The notes under the pieces are model-generated. The model ran no database searches. It was not told the origin of the DNA and saw nothing but the letters and a program-made list of their open reading frames with translations. Position numbers and translations under genes: made by a program. From Bdellovibrionales bacterium (GTDB lineage: Bacteria > Bdellovibrionota > Bdellovibrionia > Bdellovibrionales > JAUICD01): a stretch of DNA of 64,000 nucleotides. Below are positions 38,687 through 49,733 of this stretch, piece after piece; position 1 is the stretch's first letter, and the number at the start of each line of letters is the position of its first letter. Where the stretch lies: assembly GCA_965197425.1 (NCBI GenBank), contig CBDANC010000015.1, positions 224,001-288,000 on the forward strand, written 5' to 3'.

Positions 38687-40708
38687 ATGAAAAAAGAAAT
38701 TAAAGGCATCATTAAAAGACATCCAGATGGATACGGATTTTTCATAGCGAATTGTGAGCACCCAGATATTTTTATACCCAGAAGAGGTATGTTTGGAGTT
38801 ATGACAAATGACTCTGTATTAGTTCAGGTAGCTGGAAGAAAAGATGATAATAGGTTGTACGGTAAAATAACCCAAATAACAGAGCGTTCAGAAACCATTG
38901 TAGTGGGAAAATTTTTAAAATTATTAAGTGGTGGTTTAATAGAGGATTCTTCTAACAGATGGGGGAGTGATATTTATATATCAAAGGACGATACTTTAGG
39001 ATCTGATGATGGAGATTTGGTAGAAGCAGAAATTATAAAATATCCATCAGTTAATAATAAAAAAATTGTTGCAAAGGTTGCTAAAATAATTGGTAGAGCA
39101 GGCAACCCACTTTTTGATGAAAAAAGAGTAATAGTAGAAAACAAAATACCAAATACTTTTAATAAAAAAGTTGAAAAAGAAGTCTCTGGTTTAACAGTAG
39201 AAATAACCAATGGAGAAAGAAAGAGAAGGAAAACACTAGAACTACCATTTGTGACAATAGATGGATTAGATGCAAAAGATTTTGATGATGCTATTTATGT
39301 AAAACGCAAAAGTTATGGGTTTAATGTAGTGGTAGCTATTGCAGATGTAAGTCATTATGTTAAGGCAGATACCGCTATTGATGATGAGGCGTATAGAAGA
39401 GGATTTAGCTCATATTTCCCAAATAGTGTAATTCCTATGTTACCTGAAAAACTAAGCAATAATATTTGTTCTCTAAAACCTGATGTCGAAAGGTTGGCAT
39501 TAGTGGCGGATATTCAAATGGATTTTAAAGGAGATGTAAAGTCATCAAACTTTTATGAAGCTATTATTGTTAACTCTAAAAGATTAACTTATGCAGAAGC
39601 ACAAGACATTATAGATAACAATAAAGAGAGTTATGATCAGATCGAGGAATTGTTACAAACAGCAAAAGATGTAGCTAATATTTTGGTAAAAAAAAGGATG
39701 AATGCTGGTTCTTTAGATCTAGATCTAGAAGAAACTAAGCTGATTATAGATAAGGCTGGAAATCCAATTGACTGTCAAAAATCAAAAAGACTATTTGCTC
39801 ACAGAATAATCGAAGAATTAATGCTTTTAACTAATCAAACAGCTGCTAGATTTTTAAGAGTAAATGAAATACAGACTTTGAATAGAGTACATGAAGCACC
39901 TGATAAAGAGGACTTGGAAAAAATTAGCAAATTTATGTTTAATCTTGGTCATCAACCTCTAATAAAAACTAGTTCATTACAACAACAAATAAATAAACTT
40001 TTGAAAAAAGTGAAAAACACACAATTTGATCAGATATTTAATATAATCATTCTCAGATCATTAAAGCAGGCCTGTTATTTATCAGAGGGCATAGGCCATT
40101 TTGGACTTAACTTTAAGGATTATTTGCATTTTACCTCTCCCATTAGGAGATATCCTGACTTAGTTGTTCATAGGCAACTTAAGAGTGTTTTATTTAAAAC
40201 CACCCAAGATAAATATGACTACAAAGGTATGGCAGAATATCTATCTTCATGTGAAAGAAGAGCTGTACAGGCAGAAAGACAACTTATGAGTATCAAAAAA
40301 GCACGGTTAATGAAAGAAAAAATCTCCCAGGAATTTGATGGAATGATAAGTGGATTGACTAAATTTGGTATGTTTGTGTTGTTAAAAATTTTTGATGTAG
40401 ATGGACTTGTTAGATTGGAAACATTAGATGGTTATTTTAATTATGATGAAGATACAATGTGTTTAAGGAGCAAAAACAAGATATACAAGATTGGGGATAA
40501 AGTAAAAATTATAGTAGTGCAAGCTGATACGGATAGTGGTAAAATAGACTTTGTATTAGCAGGAAGTAAAAATGGAAATTATAAAAACATCAAGACAGGT
40601 AGTAAAAAACATAAGAAACGTAAAACGTCTAAAACAAATAGTGGGCGTATTCGCAAAGCACGGATTTCAAGACGTAATAAGAAGGGTCAATCTAAAACTA
40701 TCACCTAA
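38687..40708 (+). CDS. rnr: Ribonuclease R
   Basis: HPDGYGF cold-shock domain, TIDG.DAKDFDDA, HFTSPIRRYPDL, S1 domain, basic tail. Confidence 0.95.
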   Translation: MKKEIKGIIKRHPDGYGFFIANCEHPDIFIPRRGMFGVMTNDSVLVQVAGRKDDNRLYGKITQITERSETIVVGKFLKLLSGGLIEDSSNRWGSDIYISKDDTLGSDDGDLVEAEIIKYPSVNNKKIVAKVAKIIGRAGNPLFDEKRVIVENKIPNTFNKKVEKEVSGLTVEITNGERKRRKTLELPFVTIDGLDAKDFDDAIYVKRKSYGFNVVVAIADVSHYVKADTAIDDEAYRRGFSSYFPNSVIPMLPEKLSNNICSLKPDVERLALVADIQMDFKGDVKSSNFYEAIIVNSKRLTYAEAQDIIDNNKESYDQIEELLQTAKDVANILVKKRMNAGSLDLDLEETKLIIDKAGNPIDCQKSKRLFAHRIIEELMLLTNQTAARFLRVNEIQTLNRVHEAPDKEDLEKISKFMFNLGHQPLIKTSSLQQQINKLLKKVKNTQFDQIFNIIILRSLKQACYLSEGIGHFGLNFKDYLHFTSPIRRYPDLVVHRQLKSVLFKTTQDKYDYKGMAEYLSSCERRAVQAERQLMSIKKARLMKEKISQEFDGMISGLTKFGMFVLLKIFDVDGLVRLETLDGYFNYDEDTMCLRSKNKIYKIGDKVKIIVVQADTDSGKIDFVLAGSKNGNYKNIKTGSKKHKKRKTSKTNSGRIRKARISRRNKKGQSKTIT

Positions 40709-42236
40709 GTTTTTAAGATTTAAAACAGATAAAGGATCTTCTCTGCCAGTTGAAGTTAGGTTGAGAATGAGCTTTGAAGAACTTGGGCCTACTTTTGTAA
40801 AGCTGGGTCAACTGTTGGCAACAAGGCCTGATCTTATACCAATTGATTGGGTAGAAGAGTTCAAAAAACTGCATGATCAAGTGGAACCTGTAAAATATGA
40901 ACAAATAGAATCAGATTTAAAAAATCATTTTAAAAAGTTTGATGAGATATTTTTGTCTTTTGATAAAGAGCCTAAAGCAGCTGCCAGCATAGCCCAGGTT
41001 CATCATGCGGTGCTAAGAGATAATACACAGGTTGTTGTTAAGATAAGAAGGCCCAACATTGTTAAACTAATAAACGATGATTTAAATATTTTGTATTTTG
41101 TAGCAAATTTAGTTCACAAATATATACCTGAAACCAGAATTTATAATCCAATAGGTGTAGTAAATGAATTTACAAAAGCTCTAAACCTAGAGACTAATTT
41201 TATTGTTGAAGCAAACAATATGCTGAAGTTTAAACAAAACTTTAAAAACAATGAACATATCAAGATACCTGATGTGTACATGGAGCTGTCAGGACCTAAA
41301 ATATTAGTTATGGAGAGAATTAAAGGCACTCCTATTAGTGAGCACTCTGAATTGAAAGGGTTTGATTCGGCTTTATTACTTAAGCGAGGTTTGAAAGCTT
41401 TTTTTCATATGGTGTTCCATGACCGATTTTTTCATGGAGACCTTCATTCTGGAAATATTTTTGTGCTTGAGGAAAATAAAATTGCATTATTGGACTTTGG
41501 GGTTGTTGGTAGACTAAGTGTTAAGTTAAGAGATTCTATAGCAGATATGTTCTTAGCACTTACTACTGAAGATTATGAGACATTGGCTTATGAATTTGTG
41601 GATCTTGCACCTTATAATAAAACAATTAACTTAGAAAATTTTTCTAATGACCTTAGAGATTTAATTTCACCTCATTTTAATCTTAGTTTAAAAAATGTGA
41701 ATCTTGGAAAAGTTTTAATGGAAGCAGTTGGGTGTGCTAGTAGGCATAATATTCAGCTTCCATCAGATTTGGTTATGTTTTTTAAATCTATTTTAACTTT
41801 AGAGGGTGTAGGAAGAGGTTTAATCAGTGACTTTGACTTGTTATCTGAAGCAACTGGCTTTGCCAGCCAAATTTTAAAGGCAAAATATGATCCTATACAC
41901 ATTTCAAAAAACTTAGGTTCTTTTGCAAAAGACTCTAGAAGGTTGGTAGCCAAACTTCCTAGGGAAGCAAATCAATTAATTAAAAAATTTAATAACCCAG
42001 ATTATAGGTTTAACTTAGAAATACATAACTTAGTTAAGTTTGGAAAAGTTTTTGAGAAATCTGCAACTCTGATATTTCTGGGTATTGTTATAGGTGGCCT
42101 TTTAATAGGAGCTTCCATTGCATTACACTATGATTTCAGGATTATGTTTTTGGGATTACCTTTGCCTAGTAGTATAGGTTTTTTGTCTGCGTTTTTGTTA
42201 AGCTTAGTGGCTTTTTATCAGTATATTAAACGATAG
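40572..42236 (+). CDS. ubiB: ABC1/UbiB family kinase-like protein
   Basis: LGPTFVKLGQLLATRPDL, AAASIAQVH, FFHGDLHSGN, LLDFG. Confidence 0.9.
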   Translation: MEIIKTSRQVVKNIRNVKRLKQIVGVFAKHGFQDVIRRVNLKLSPKFLRFKTDKGSSLPVEVRLRMSFEELGPTFVKLGQLLATRPDLIPIDWVEEFKKLHDQVEPVKYEQIESDLKNHFKKFDEIFLSFDKEPKAAASIAQVHHAVLRDNTQVVVKIRRPNIVKLINDDLNILYFVANLVHKYIPETRIYNPIGVVNEFTKALNLETNFIVEANNMLKFKQNFKNNEHIKIPDVYMELSGPKILVMERIKGTPISEHSELKGFDSALLLKRGLKAFFHMVFHDRFFHGDLHSGNIFVLEENKIALLDFGVVGRLSVKLRDSIADMFLALTTEDYETLAYEFVDLAPYNKTINLENFSNDLRDLISPHFNLSLKNVNLGKVLMEAVGCASRHNIQLPSDLVMFFKSILTLEGVGRGLISDFDLLSEATGFASQILKAKYDPIHISKNLGSFAKDSRRLVAKLPREANQLIKKFNNPDYRFNLEIHNLVKFGKVFEKSATLIFLGIVIGGLLIGASIALHYDFRIMFLGLPLPSSIGFLSAFLLSLVAFYQYIKR

Positions 42237-42287
42237 CGAGTACGGCTAAAGAAAATTCCTTGTTGTAGTCACTAACCAGGAAACAGG

Positions 42288-42343
42288 CATTTGGCAAAAA
42301 AAGTGAACAAGTCCACTTATTTTTGTCTCATTAACCTCACCTT
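42288..42343 (-). repeat. Dispersed hairpin repeat, copy D (terminator-like, between convergent genes)
   Basis: rc AAGGTGAGGTTAATGAGACAAAAATAAGTGGACTTGTTCACTTTTTTTGCCAA. Confidence 0.6.
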
Positions 42344-44430
42344 TATGCTTGCTTTGATCTAAGTCTTTGATAGAAGTAACAGGCAAAAAATAAGGTTACA
42401 CCTATAATTTGCCACACATGTCTGGAAGCTAATCCTAATAAATTAATATCAAACCTATCTCCCAGAAAATCTGGTCTGAACAAACATGACATTACCATTA
42501 TTAAACAGATCCCTTCATACCACTTGTTTTTTATAAACATATGTCCTTGGGTAAAAGAAGCAAATGCAAACATAGCAACTAAGGCTGTTAAGAATACAAC
42601 CACTCCATAAGCATAGGATTCCACACCAATAAGCAATAGTTCGGTGTTAAAAATAAACATGAACGGTAAAATTGCAGTTCTCATATCATATCTAAATCCT
42701 TGAATACCTGTCTTTATGGGATCTTCTTTTGCTATTGCTGCTGCTGCATATGCTGCCAGCCCCACAGGAGGTGTATCATCGGCTAAAATTCCAAAATAAA
42801 AACAGAATAGATGAGCGGCAATAAGTGGAACTACAAGCCCTGCATCACCTGAAAGAGCAATAATTGCTGGTGCTGTTAACGATGCCATAATTATATAGTT
42901 GGCAGTTGTTGGAAGACCCAGGCCTAAAAGTAAACTAATAAACGCGGTCACGAATAACATTACAATTAAGTTTCCACCAGAAATTTTATCTATAACTTCG
43001 ATTACCACATTACCCAAACCAAGTGTTACAACTCCTACAATTATACCTGCTACAGCTACAGCGACCCCAATGTTCATCATATTTTTGGCTCCAACCACAA
43101 GGCTGTTCCATATCTGATGAAGGGAGAGAAGCATAGCCTCTTTTATTCTATCTTTTTTTAGGATGATTATATTTTTCACTACAATTAAAACGAGCAGAGC
43201 TATTATTGCGTAGTACACAGCAGTCTGCGCTGATCTTCTCATGATAATCAGCTGATGTAACAAAAACAAAATAGGAATTATAAAGTATATTCCAGACCAA
43301 AAAGTTTTCCAAAATCTTGGTAAATACTTTTTGTCAATGGGTTGTAATTTTAGTTTTTTTGACTCTAGATGAACTATATAAATCAACGCAACATATGATG
43401 CAAAAGCAGGAATAAGTGCAGTTTTAATCACTTCTATATAAGAAAGATTGCAATATTCTGCAATGATAAATGCAGCAGCTCCCATTATAGGTGGCATTAG
43501 CTGTCCGTTGGTGCTTGTTGCAACCTCTATAGCAGCAGCTTTGTAGGCTGGAAAGCCAGCTTTTTTCATAAGCGGTATTGTGAAAGTACCAGTTGTGACG
43601 GTGTTTGCAATACTAGAACCTGAAACCATTCCAGTTAGACCACTTGCTAATACAGCAGCTTTTGCTGGTCCACCACGATACTTACCCAGCAAACTAAATG
43701 ATAAATCTATAAAATACTTACCACCACCAGCCGTTTCTAAGATAGCTCCGAATAACACAAATAAAAACACTGTTGATGCGGACACGTCCAGTGGAACACC
43801 ATAAATTCCCTCTGATCCCATAGTAAGCTTTGATATTAATTTGTCGAGGCTTGCATTTTTAAATGCAATAACCTCCGGCATGTGTTCACTAAAAAAACTG
43901 TAGAGTATGAAAAGAGATGCTATAGTGGGAAGTGCCGGACCAATTGCTCTCCTAGATGCTTCCAGTAGGAGCACAATCAACATAAATCCAATAATAATAT
44001 CAACTTTGTTTGGAATTCCTACTCTGGAACCTATGCCCTCATAATCAAAGGATAGATATAATGCAGACAAAGTAGCAACTATAGCAAAAATTATATCTAA
44101 AATAGGTAGCTTTTTAGAATAGAGAAATGTCAGGTACTTAACATTTCTTATACGAGAAATAATACGTTTACTTTTAATAGCGGGAAAACATAAAAACACT
44201 AAACAAGAAGCAAAGCCTAAATGTATACTTCTTACAATTTCGGAGTTAAGTAATAATATCTTAGGTAACAGCAGTTGAAACAAAGACCAACTACCAGCCA
44301 CCAGAGGTATCGCATATTTAGCAATTCCCTCCGGTATTCTGGCACCATGTTCTATTTCTTCTACTATCTCTACTGCTGACTGAGTAGCATTATTGTCTTC
44401 TAGTTTTACGTCTTCATTCTCATTAGACAT
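42343..44430 (-). CDS. TRAP transporter 4TM/12TM fused permease
   Basis: RGGPAKAAV, GSSIANTVTTG, GQLMPPIMGAAAF, GLPTTANY, DDTPPV. Confidence 0.95.
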   Translation of the reverse strand: MSNENEDVKLEDNNATQSAVEIVEEIEHGARIPEGIAKYAIPLVAGSWSLFQLLLPKILLLNSEIVRSIHLGFASCLVFLCFPAIKSKRIISRIRNVKYLTFLYSKKLPILDIIFAIVATLSALYLSFDYEGIGSRVGIPNKVDIIIGFMLIVLLLEASRRAIGPALPTIASLFILYSFFSEHMPEVIAFKNASLDKLISKLTMGSEGIYGVPLDVSASTVFLFVLFGAILETAGGGKYFIDLSFSLLGKYRGGPAKAAVLASGLTGMVSGSSIANTVTTGTFTIPLMKKAGFPAYKAAAIEVATSTNGQLMPPIMGAAAFIIAEYCNLSYIEVIKTALIPAFASYVALIYIVHLESKKLKLQPIDKKYLPRFWKTFWSGIYFIIPILFLLHQLIIMRRSAQTAVYYAIIALLVLIVVKNIIILKKDRIKEAMLLSLHQIWNSLVVGAKNMMNIGVAVAVAGIIVGVVTLGLGNVVIEVIDKISGGNLIVMLFVTAFISLLLGLGLPTTANYIIMASLTAPAIIALSGDAGLVVPLIAAHLFCFYFGILADDTPPVGLAAYAAAAIAKEDPIKTGIQGFRYDMRTAILPFMFIFNTELLLIGVESYAYGVVVFLTALVAMFAFASFTQGHMFIKNKWYEGICLIMVMSCLFRPDFLGDRFDINLLGLASRHVWQIIGVTLFFACYFYQRLRSKQA

Positions 44431-44480
44431 ATCTTAGCTTTCTTAAAAGTAGTTAGATGCCACTATCTTAGAACAAAGAT

Positions 44481-45509
44481 CTATTTTGCATCCTTCTTCT
44501 TTTCGTCTTTGACTAAGCCTACTTCTCTAAAGTACTTCATTGCACCCTTGTGAATAGGGACAACTCCTCCGCCTTTAGCTACCATGTCTTCCTTTTTCAG
44601 CTTGTTAAGTGCAGGGTGTAGGTTTTTAAAGTCATCAAAGTTAGAGAAAACTTCTTTTGTAACCGCATACACAGCGTCCTCTGAAACATTTGAGGAAGTA
44701 AATAATATAGCTTTCATTCCAATTGTTTTTGCATCACCTTTACCAACAGCATTTGGATATAAGTTTTTTGGAATGGAAGTTCCATAATAATAACCATGTT
44801 CACTTAGTAGTTTATTAATTTGAGGCCCTACTATTGGAACAAACATTACCTTTCTTTTTCCGGAAGTAGCTTCAGTAACAGCACCATTTGGATGGCCCAC
44901 GCTGTAGAAAAATGCATCAATCCTGTTGTCTTGAAGCATCTTAGGTCCTTCTGCTGGTTTCAATGCTTCAGATTTAAAATCTTTCTCATGATCCATGCCA
45001 AAGTACTTCAAGATCAGCATTGAGTTGGCTCTCTGACCCGAGCCATGATTCCCTAAATTTATTCTTTTTCCTTTCATGGTACTTATAGAGGTAATGCCAC
45101 TGTCTTGTGCAGCAACTAAAGTTACAGCTTCTGGGTAAGTGCCAAAAACTGTTCTTAGTCTTTTAATTGCTTTCTTATCCCACTCGTGCTGACCATTAAA
45201 TGCATGAAATAACTTGTCCGATTGAGCTATACCAAATTCAAGCTCTCCCGTGTTTACGGCGTTAATATTGAATACAGATCCTCCCGTAGATTCAACACTA
45301 ACTCTTAGTTTGTACTGATCCTTTTTGTTGTTAACCATCTTGGCAATTGAGCCACCAACTGGGTAGTAAACACCAGTTACTCCACCAGTACCCATTGATA
45401 CAAATTTTGTTTTTTTAGAATATGCCGGTACAGCGCCCAAGCAAACAACCAAAACAACTAAAAGCTTCATCTTAATAAATCGCATTTTGATATATTTCAT
45501 ACAGTCCAT
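44481..45509 (-). CDS. TAXI family TRAP solute-binding protein
   Basis: GTGGVTGVYYPVGG, STGGSV.N, IAQSD, PIHKGA. Confidence 0.95.
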   Translation of the reverse strand: MDCMKYIKMRFIKMKLLVVLVVCLGAVPAYSKKTKFVSMGTGGVTGVYYPVGGSIAKMVNNKKDQYKLRVSVESTGGSVFNINAVNTGELEFGIAQSDKLFHAFNGQHEWDKKAIKRLRTVFGTYPEAVTLVAAQDSGITSISTMKGKRINLGNHGSGQRANSMLILKYFGMDHEKDFKSEALKPAEGPKMLQDNRIDAFFYSVGHPNGAVTEATSGKRKVMFVPIVGPQINKLLSEHGYYYGTSIPKNLYPNAVGKGDAKTIGMKAILFTSSNVSEDAVYAVTKEVFSNFDDFKNLHPALNKLKKEDMVAKGGGVVPIHKGAMKYFREVGLVKDEKKKDAK

Positions 45510-45705
45510 TTAACTCCTCCTACAAAGCATGGGATAATACTTGAAATTGATACCATAAACAACAAAAGTATTAATAAACCCAGTCGTGAGCACACACTAC
45601 ACTAAACAAATGCATTATATATATACACACTGTGACATGCCCTATATAATTCGTTAAAAGTTGGTTGGTATATAAATAATTGTTTTTTTCTCTCTTGGAG
45701 GAAGT

Positions 45706-47517
45706 TTGATTATTGCTGATGTCATAGTTGAAAAAATTACTGTCCTGATAACTCTAGGTATTATAGCGCAGTGGTTTGCATGGAGATTTAAGATACCCAG
45801 CATAGTTTTATTGTCTGTGTTTGGGATATTATTTGGGCCTGTTCTAGGTTGGATCAATCCTGCAGATGATTTTGGTCAAGCAATGGATGTTTTGATCAAA
45901 TTGGCAGTTAGCATAATCATGTTTGAAGGAGGTCTTAGCTTAAGGTTTAAAGATTTAAAGCTAGCAGGCTCTGGAGTAAGAAGGCTGGTGTTTTTGGGTC
46001 TTCCTATATCCTGGGTTTTAGGTACAATGTGTGCGTACTATATAATTGGTCTTTCTTTTCCAGTTGCCACAATGTTGGGTGCAATACTTGTTGTAACAGG
46101 CCCTACTGTCATTGGTCCTTTGCTTAGACAAACCAAACTTAACAATAGAGTATCCTCTCTTATCAGGTGGGAGGGGATTTTGAATGATCCTGTTGGAGTT
46201 CTTTTAACAATATTTTTATTTGAGTACTTCACACTTGCTCACCTTGGGCACAATATAGTTTTGGCAATATTTTTGGCAATAGTATCTTCATTGGTAATAG
46301 GAGCATTATCTGCGTACTTAGTTAAATACACTTTTAACAATGGGTTGGTACCTGACTTTTTAAAGGTTCCAGTAATGCTGTGTATGGTTATATTGGTTTA
46401 TACCGCTTCAAATTTGATACAGCAGGAATCAGGCTTACTTGCTGTTACTATTTTTGGTTCTATTCTTGCCAACATAGGTTTAGACATTATTCAAGAAATA
46501 AAGCGATTTAAAGAAGACATTGCTGTTTTTTTGATTTCAGCTGTCTTTATTATTCTTACTGCCAGTTTAGATGTAAGTCATTTGAAAATCATAAACATGG
46601 ATATTGTTTTGTTTTTTATAGCTATCCTATTCGTAGTTAGACCTGCTGCAGTTTGGTTATCTACAATAGGTGTTAACTTAAGTTGGCAAGAAAAAATGCT
46701 GGCTGGTTGGATTGCTCCACGGGGTGTAGTTGCAGCATCTTTTGCAGGTCTATTCGCTCCTCATATGATTGAGCATGGTTTTTATGGTGCTGAATTTATT
46801 GTGCCAATAGTGTTTTCGATAGTTTTGATAACAATCTCTGTGCATAGTTTATCTCTAAAACCGCTTGCAAAAAAATTGAATCTTTCTAGAGGAGAAAATA
46901 ACAATGTAATTATAGTAGGGGCTCATACATGGACCATGGAACTTGCAAAAGTTTTAAAAAGAGAGAATATACATGTAACCCTGGTTGATAGTTCACAGAG
47001 AAACCTGATCTCTGCACAAAAACGTAATATAAATACTTTTTGTGGAGATGTAATATCTGATTACTATGAAGAAAGCCCAGAAAGCCTAACCTTTTTTGCT
47101 ACTACAAAATACTTGTTAGCTGCAACTGATAATGATGCATACAATACCTTGATATGTAGTACATTTGTAAAATCACAGGATGTAGATTATCCATTATATT
47201 TATCAACACATGAAGACATAAAAAGCTCAACTCTTGTAAAAGGGCTTATAGCATTTGATGGAAACATTAGGTATGAACAGTTGATAGAAAAACACTTTAT
47301 AGGATGGAAGTTTAAAAGTTTTGTGATCGATGAATCCTTTGACTATGATAAATTCAAAAATGAAAATAAAAAGGCGGCAATACCAATTTTTCTACTAAGC
47401 AAGTCTAATACAATAGAATTTGAACGGATCAGAAATAGTTTGAAACCAGTCGTAGGAGATAAATTATATTGTTTTGTTGCCAGTGATTTTGATTTTAAAG
47501 CTAGTGAGACAAATTAG
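45706..47517 (+). CDS. NhaP-type cation:proton antiporter with C-terminal TrkA-N/Rossmann domain
   Basis: FEGGL, VTGPTV, WEGILNDP, WIAPRGVVAA. Confidence 0.9.
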   Translation: MIIADVIVEKITVLITLGIIAQWFAWRFKIPSIVLLSVFGILFGPVLGWINPADDFGQAMDVLIKLAVSIIMFEGGLSLRFKDLKLAGSGVRRLVFLGLPISWVLGTMCAYYIIGLSFPVATMLGAILVVTGPTVIGPLLRQTKLNNRVSSLIRWEGILNDPVGVLLTIFLFEYFTLAHLGHNIVLAIFLAIVSSLVIGALSAYLVKYTFNNGLVPDFLKVPVMLCMVILVYTASNLIQQESGLLAVTIFGSILANIGLDIIQEIKRFKEDIAVFLISAVFIILTASLDVSHLKIINMDIVLFFIAILFVVRPAAVWLSTIGVNLSWQEKMLAGWIAPRGVVAASFAGLFAPHMIEHGFYGAEFIVPIVFSIVLITISVHSLSLKPLAKKLNLSRGENNNVIIVGAHTWTMELAKVLKRENIHVTLVDSSQRNLISAQKRNINTFCGDVISDYYEESPESLTFFATTKYLLAATDNDAYNTLICSTFVKSQDVDYPLYLSTHEDIKSSTLVKGLIAFDGNIRYEQLIEKHFIGWKFKSFVIDESFDYDKFKNENKKAAIPIFLLSKSNTIEFERIRNSLKPVVGDKLYCFVASDFDFKASETN

Positions 47518-47529
47518 GAGGTAAATTCA

Positions 47530-48375
47530 GTGTCAAAAAGCCATAAATCAATAAAGCATTTTATTTATCGTTTAATGTTTCATGTAGAAACTCCTGCTGA
47601 AAGGTCATTTGATATTGTACTTTGGGTAAGTATAAATTTATCCATTGCATCAGCTATACTTGGAACTTATGAAAATATAAGGCTAGTATTTGGGAGTTTT
47701 CTAGGTAAGGCAGATTGGTTTTTCACCATATTATTTACCATAGAATATATTGCTAGGATATGGTGTGCTGAAGATCGAAAAAAATATATATTTAGCTTTC
47801 TAGGTATAATTGATTTTATTGCTGTAATACCTACGTACTTTGCTCTTATTATTCCCGATGCTCAGCTTTTTATTTTTTTGAAATTGTTTAGAACAGTAAG
47901 GCTAATAAGGTTACTTAAATTCTATAGCGTACTAGGTCTTAGTGCTTATCTTAGAGAGTCACAGAAATTATTTGATGCTATTCGTGCCAGCAGACAGAAG
48001 ATATCAGTATTTTTAGTTTTTGTGATAACTTTTATGTTTATAGGCGGAGCATTGATGCATATAATAGAGCATAACAACCCTGGCTTTACAGGTTTTTTTC
48101 AATCTATATATTGGACCGTAGTTACAATAACTACAGTTGGTTATGGGGATATTACTCCCATTACACCATTAGGTAAAATACTTGCGTCGTTAATGATGTT
48201 GATAAGTTATGGAGTGATAGCTGTCCCCACAGGTCTTATTTCAGCGGAGATAGTTAAAGCAGAAATTAAGAGGGAGAGACCGTGTAACCAATGTGGTACT
48301 GTATTATTATCAGAATCTAATTATTGCCATAGTTGTGGAGACAATGTAATAGAACAAACTCAAACAAAACGATAA
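47530..48375 (+). CDS. Voltage-gated K+ channel-type ion transporter with C-terminal zinc ribbon
   Basis: TTVGYGD filter, S4-like RTVRLIRLLK, CNQCG...CHSCG. Confidence 0.92.
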   Translation: MSKSHKSIKHFIYRLMFHVETPAERSFDIVLWVSINLSIASAILGTYENIRLVFGSFLGKADWFFTILFTIEYIARIWCAEDRKKYIFSFLGIIDFIAVIPTYFALIIPDAQLFIFLKLFRTVRLIRLLKFYSVLGLSAYLRESQKLFDAIRASRQKISVFLVFVITFMFIGGALMHIIEHNNPGFTGFFQSIYWTVVTITTVGYGDITPITPLGKILASLMMLISYGVIAVPTGLISAEIVKAEIKRERPCNQCGTVLLSESNYCHSCGDNVIEQTQTKR

Positions 48376-48428
48376 TAGTGTGTATATCGTGATGGTAGGT
48401 AGTATTCAGTAACAAGCAGGATGTTAAA

Positions 48429-49148
48429 ATGAGAAATGACAACAGAGACAATTTAGAGCTTAGGCCAATAACTCTTACACCACATTGTATTAGATATGCG
48501 GAAGGTAGTGTTCAGTGTGAGTTTGGGAATACCAAGGTTGTGTGTACTGCTAGTGTGGAGGATAAACTGCCTAAATGGCTTATGGGCCAGGAATCTGGGT
48601 GGGTGAGTGCTGAATATTCCATGTTACCTAGATCAACGCATACAAGGATGAATCGAGATAGGGCCTCTAACTCTGGGAGAAGCAGGGAAATTTCTAGGCT
48701 TATTGGGAGAAGTTTAAGAGCTGTCACTGATCTCAAAAAATTAAAAAATTATTGTATAACAATTGATTGTGATGTGATTCAAGCTGATGGTGGTACAAGG
48801 GTAGCCAGTATAACTGGTGGTTTTGTAGCTTTGGTTTATGCCTTACAAAAATTAGTTAAAAAAGATGTTATAGGCAATATACCTATAACAGATTATGTAG
48901 CAGCTGTAAGTGTTGGTATATCCGATGAAAAGCTATTAGTTGATCTTAACTACGAAGAAGATAATAATGTGGACGCTGATATAAATGTTGTTATGACTGC
49001 TTCTGGTAAGATTGTAGAAATACAAGGTACAGCAGAGATAAAAACCTTTACTAAAGAAGACATAGTAAAAATTTTGGAAATCTCGGAGCAGAAAATCAGT
49101 CAGATTGCCTTAAAACAAAAAGAGCTTTTGGGATGGGATCCAGAATAG
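48429..49148 (+). CDS. rph: Ribonuclease PH
   Basis: AEGS, AEYSMLPRST, SRLIGRSLRA, QADGGTR. Confidence 0.97.
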   Translation: MRNDNRDNLELRPITLTPHCIRYAEGSVQCEFGNTKVVCTASVEDKLPKWLMGQESGWVSAEYSMLPRSTHTRMNRDRASNSGRSREISRLIGRSLRAVTDLKKLKNYCITIDCDVIQADGGTRVASITGGFVALVYALQKLVKKDVIGNIPITDYVAAVSVGISDEKLLVDLNYEEDNNVDADINVVMTASGKIVEIQGTAEIKTFTKEDIVKILEISEQKISQIALKQKELLGWDPE

Positions 49149-49708
49149 AGGTGTGGCTTGCCACAAATAACAACTCTAAGCTTAAAGAGTTTAAGAAGTT
49201 GCTACCTGAAAGCGTGCTTATTAAATATAATCAAGATTTTATTCTCCCTGAAGAAACTGGTAAGACATTTATAGAAAATGCAAACATAAAAGCAAAGGCA
49301 CTTTTTGCTCATTCAAAAACCTGGACAATGGCTGATGACTCTGGGCTTGTTGTTAAGAGTTTGAATAATAGACCCGGTATTTATTCAAAGAGGTTTGCAG
49401 GGGAAAGTGCTACAGATCAGGATAACATTAACAAAGTATTAAGTGAGTTAAAAGGTGTAGATGATAGAAGTGCATATTTTATCACTGTTATATCGTTGAT
49501 AAAGCCATCTGGTGAAATTCATAATTTTGAAGGTAGACTTGAAGGAACTATTACTCATAGTAGTAGGGGGGAGTTTGGATTTGGATATGATCCAATATTT
49601 ATTCCCAACGGTAGCGATAAAACTTTAGCCCAAATGGAAAGTTTTGAAAAAAACAATTTGTCTCATAGGTACAAAGCGGTGAGAAAGTTAATACCAATTA
49701 TTGATTGA
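49133..49708 (+). CDS. rdgB: Non-canonical purine NTP pyrophosphatase (RdgB/HAM1)
   Basis: ETGKTF.ENA..KA, ADDSGL, FGYDPIF, SHR. Confidence 0.95.
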   Translation: MGSRIEVWLATNNNSKLKEFKKLLPESVLIKYNQDFILPEETGKTFIENANIKAKALFAHSKTWTMADDSGLVVKSLNNRPGIYSKRFAGESATDQDNINKVLSELKGVDDRSAYFITVISLIKPSGEIHNFEGRLEGTITHSSRGEFGFGYDPIFIPNGSDKTLAQMESFEKNNLSHRYKAVRKLIPIID

Positions 49709-49733
49709 ACACTAACGATGAACCGGGAGGAAC

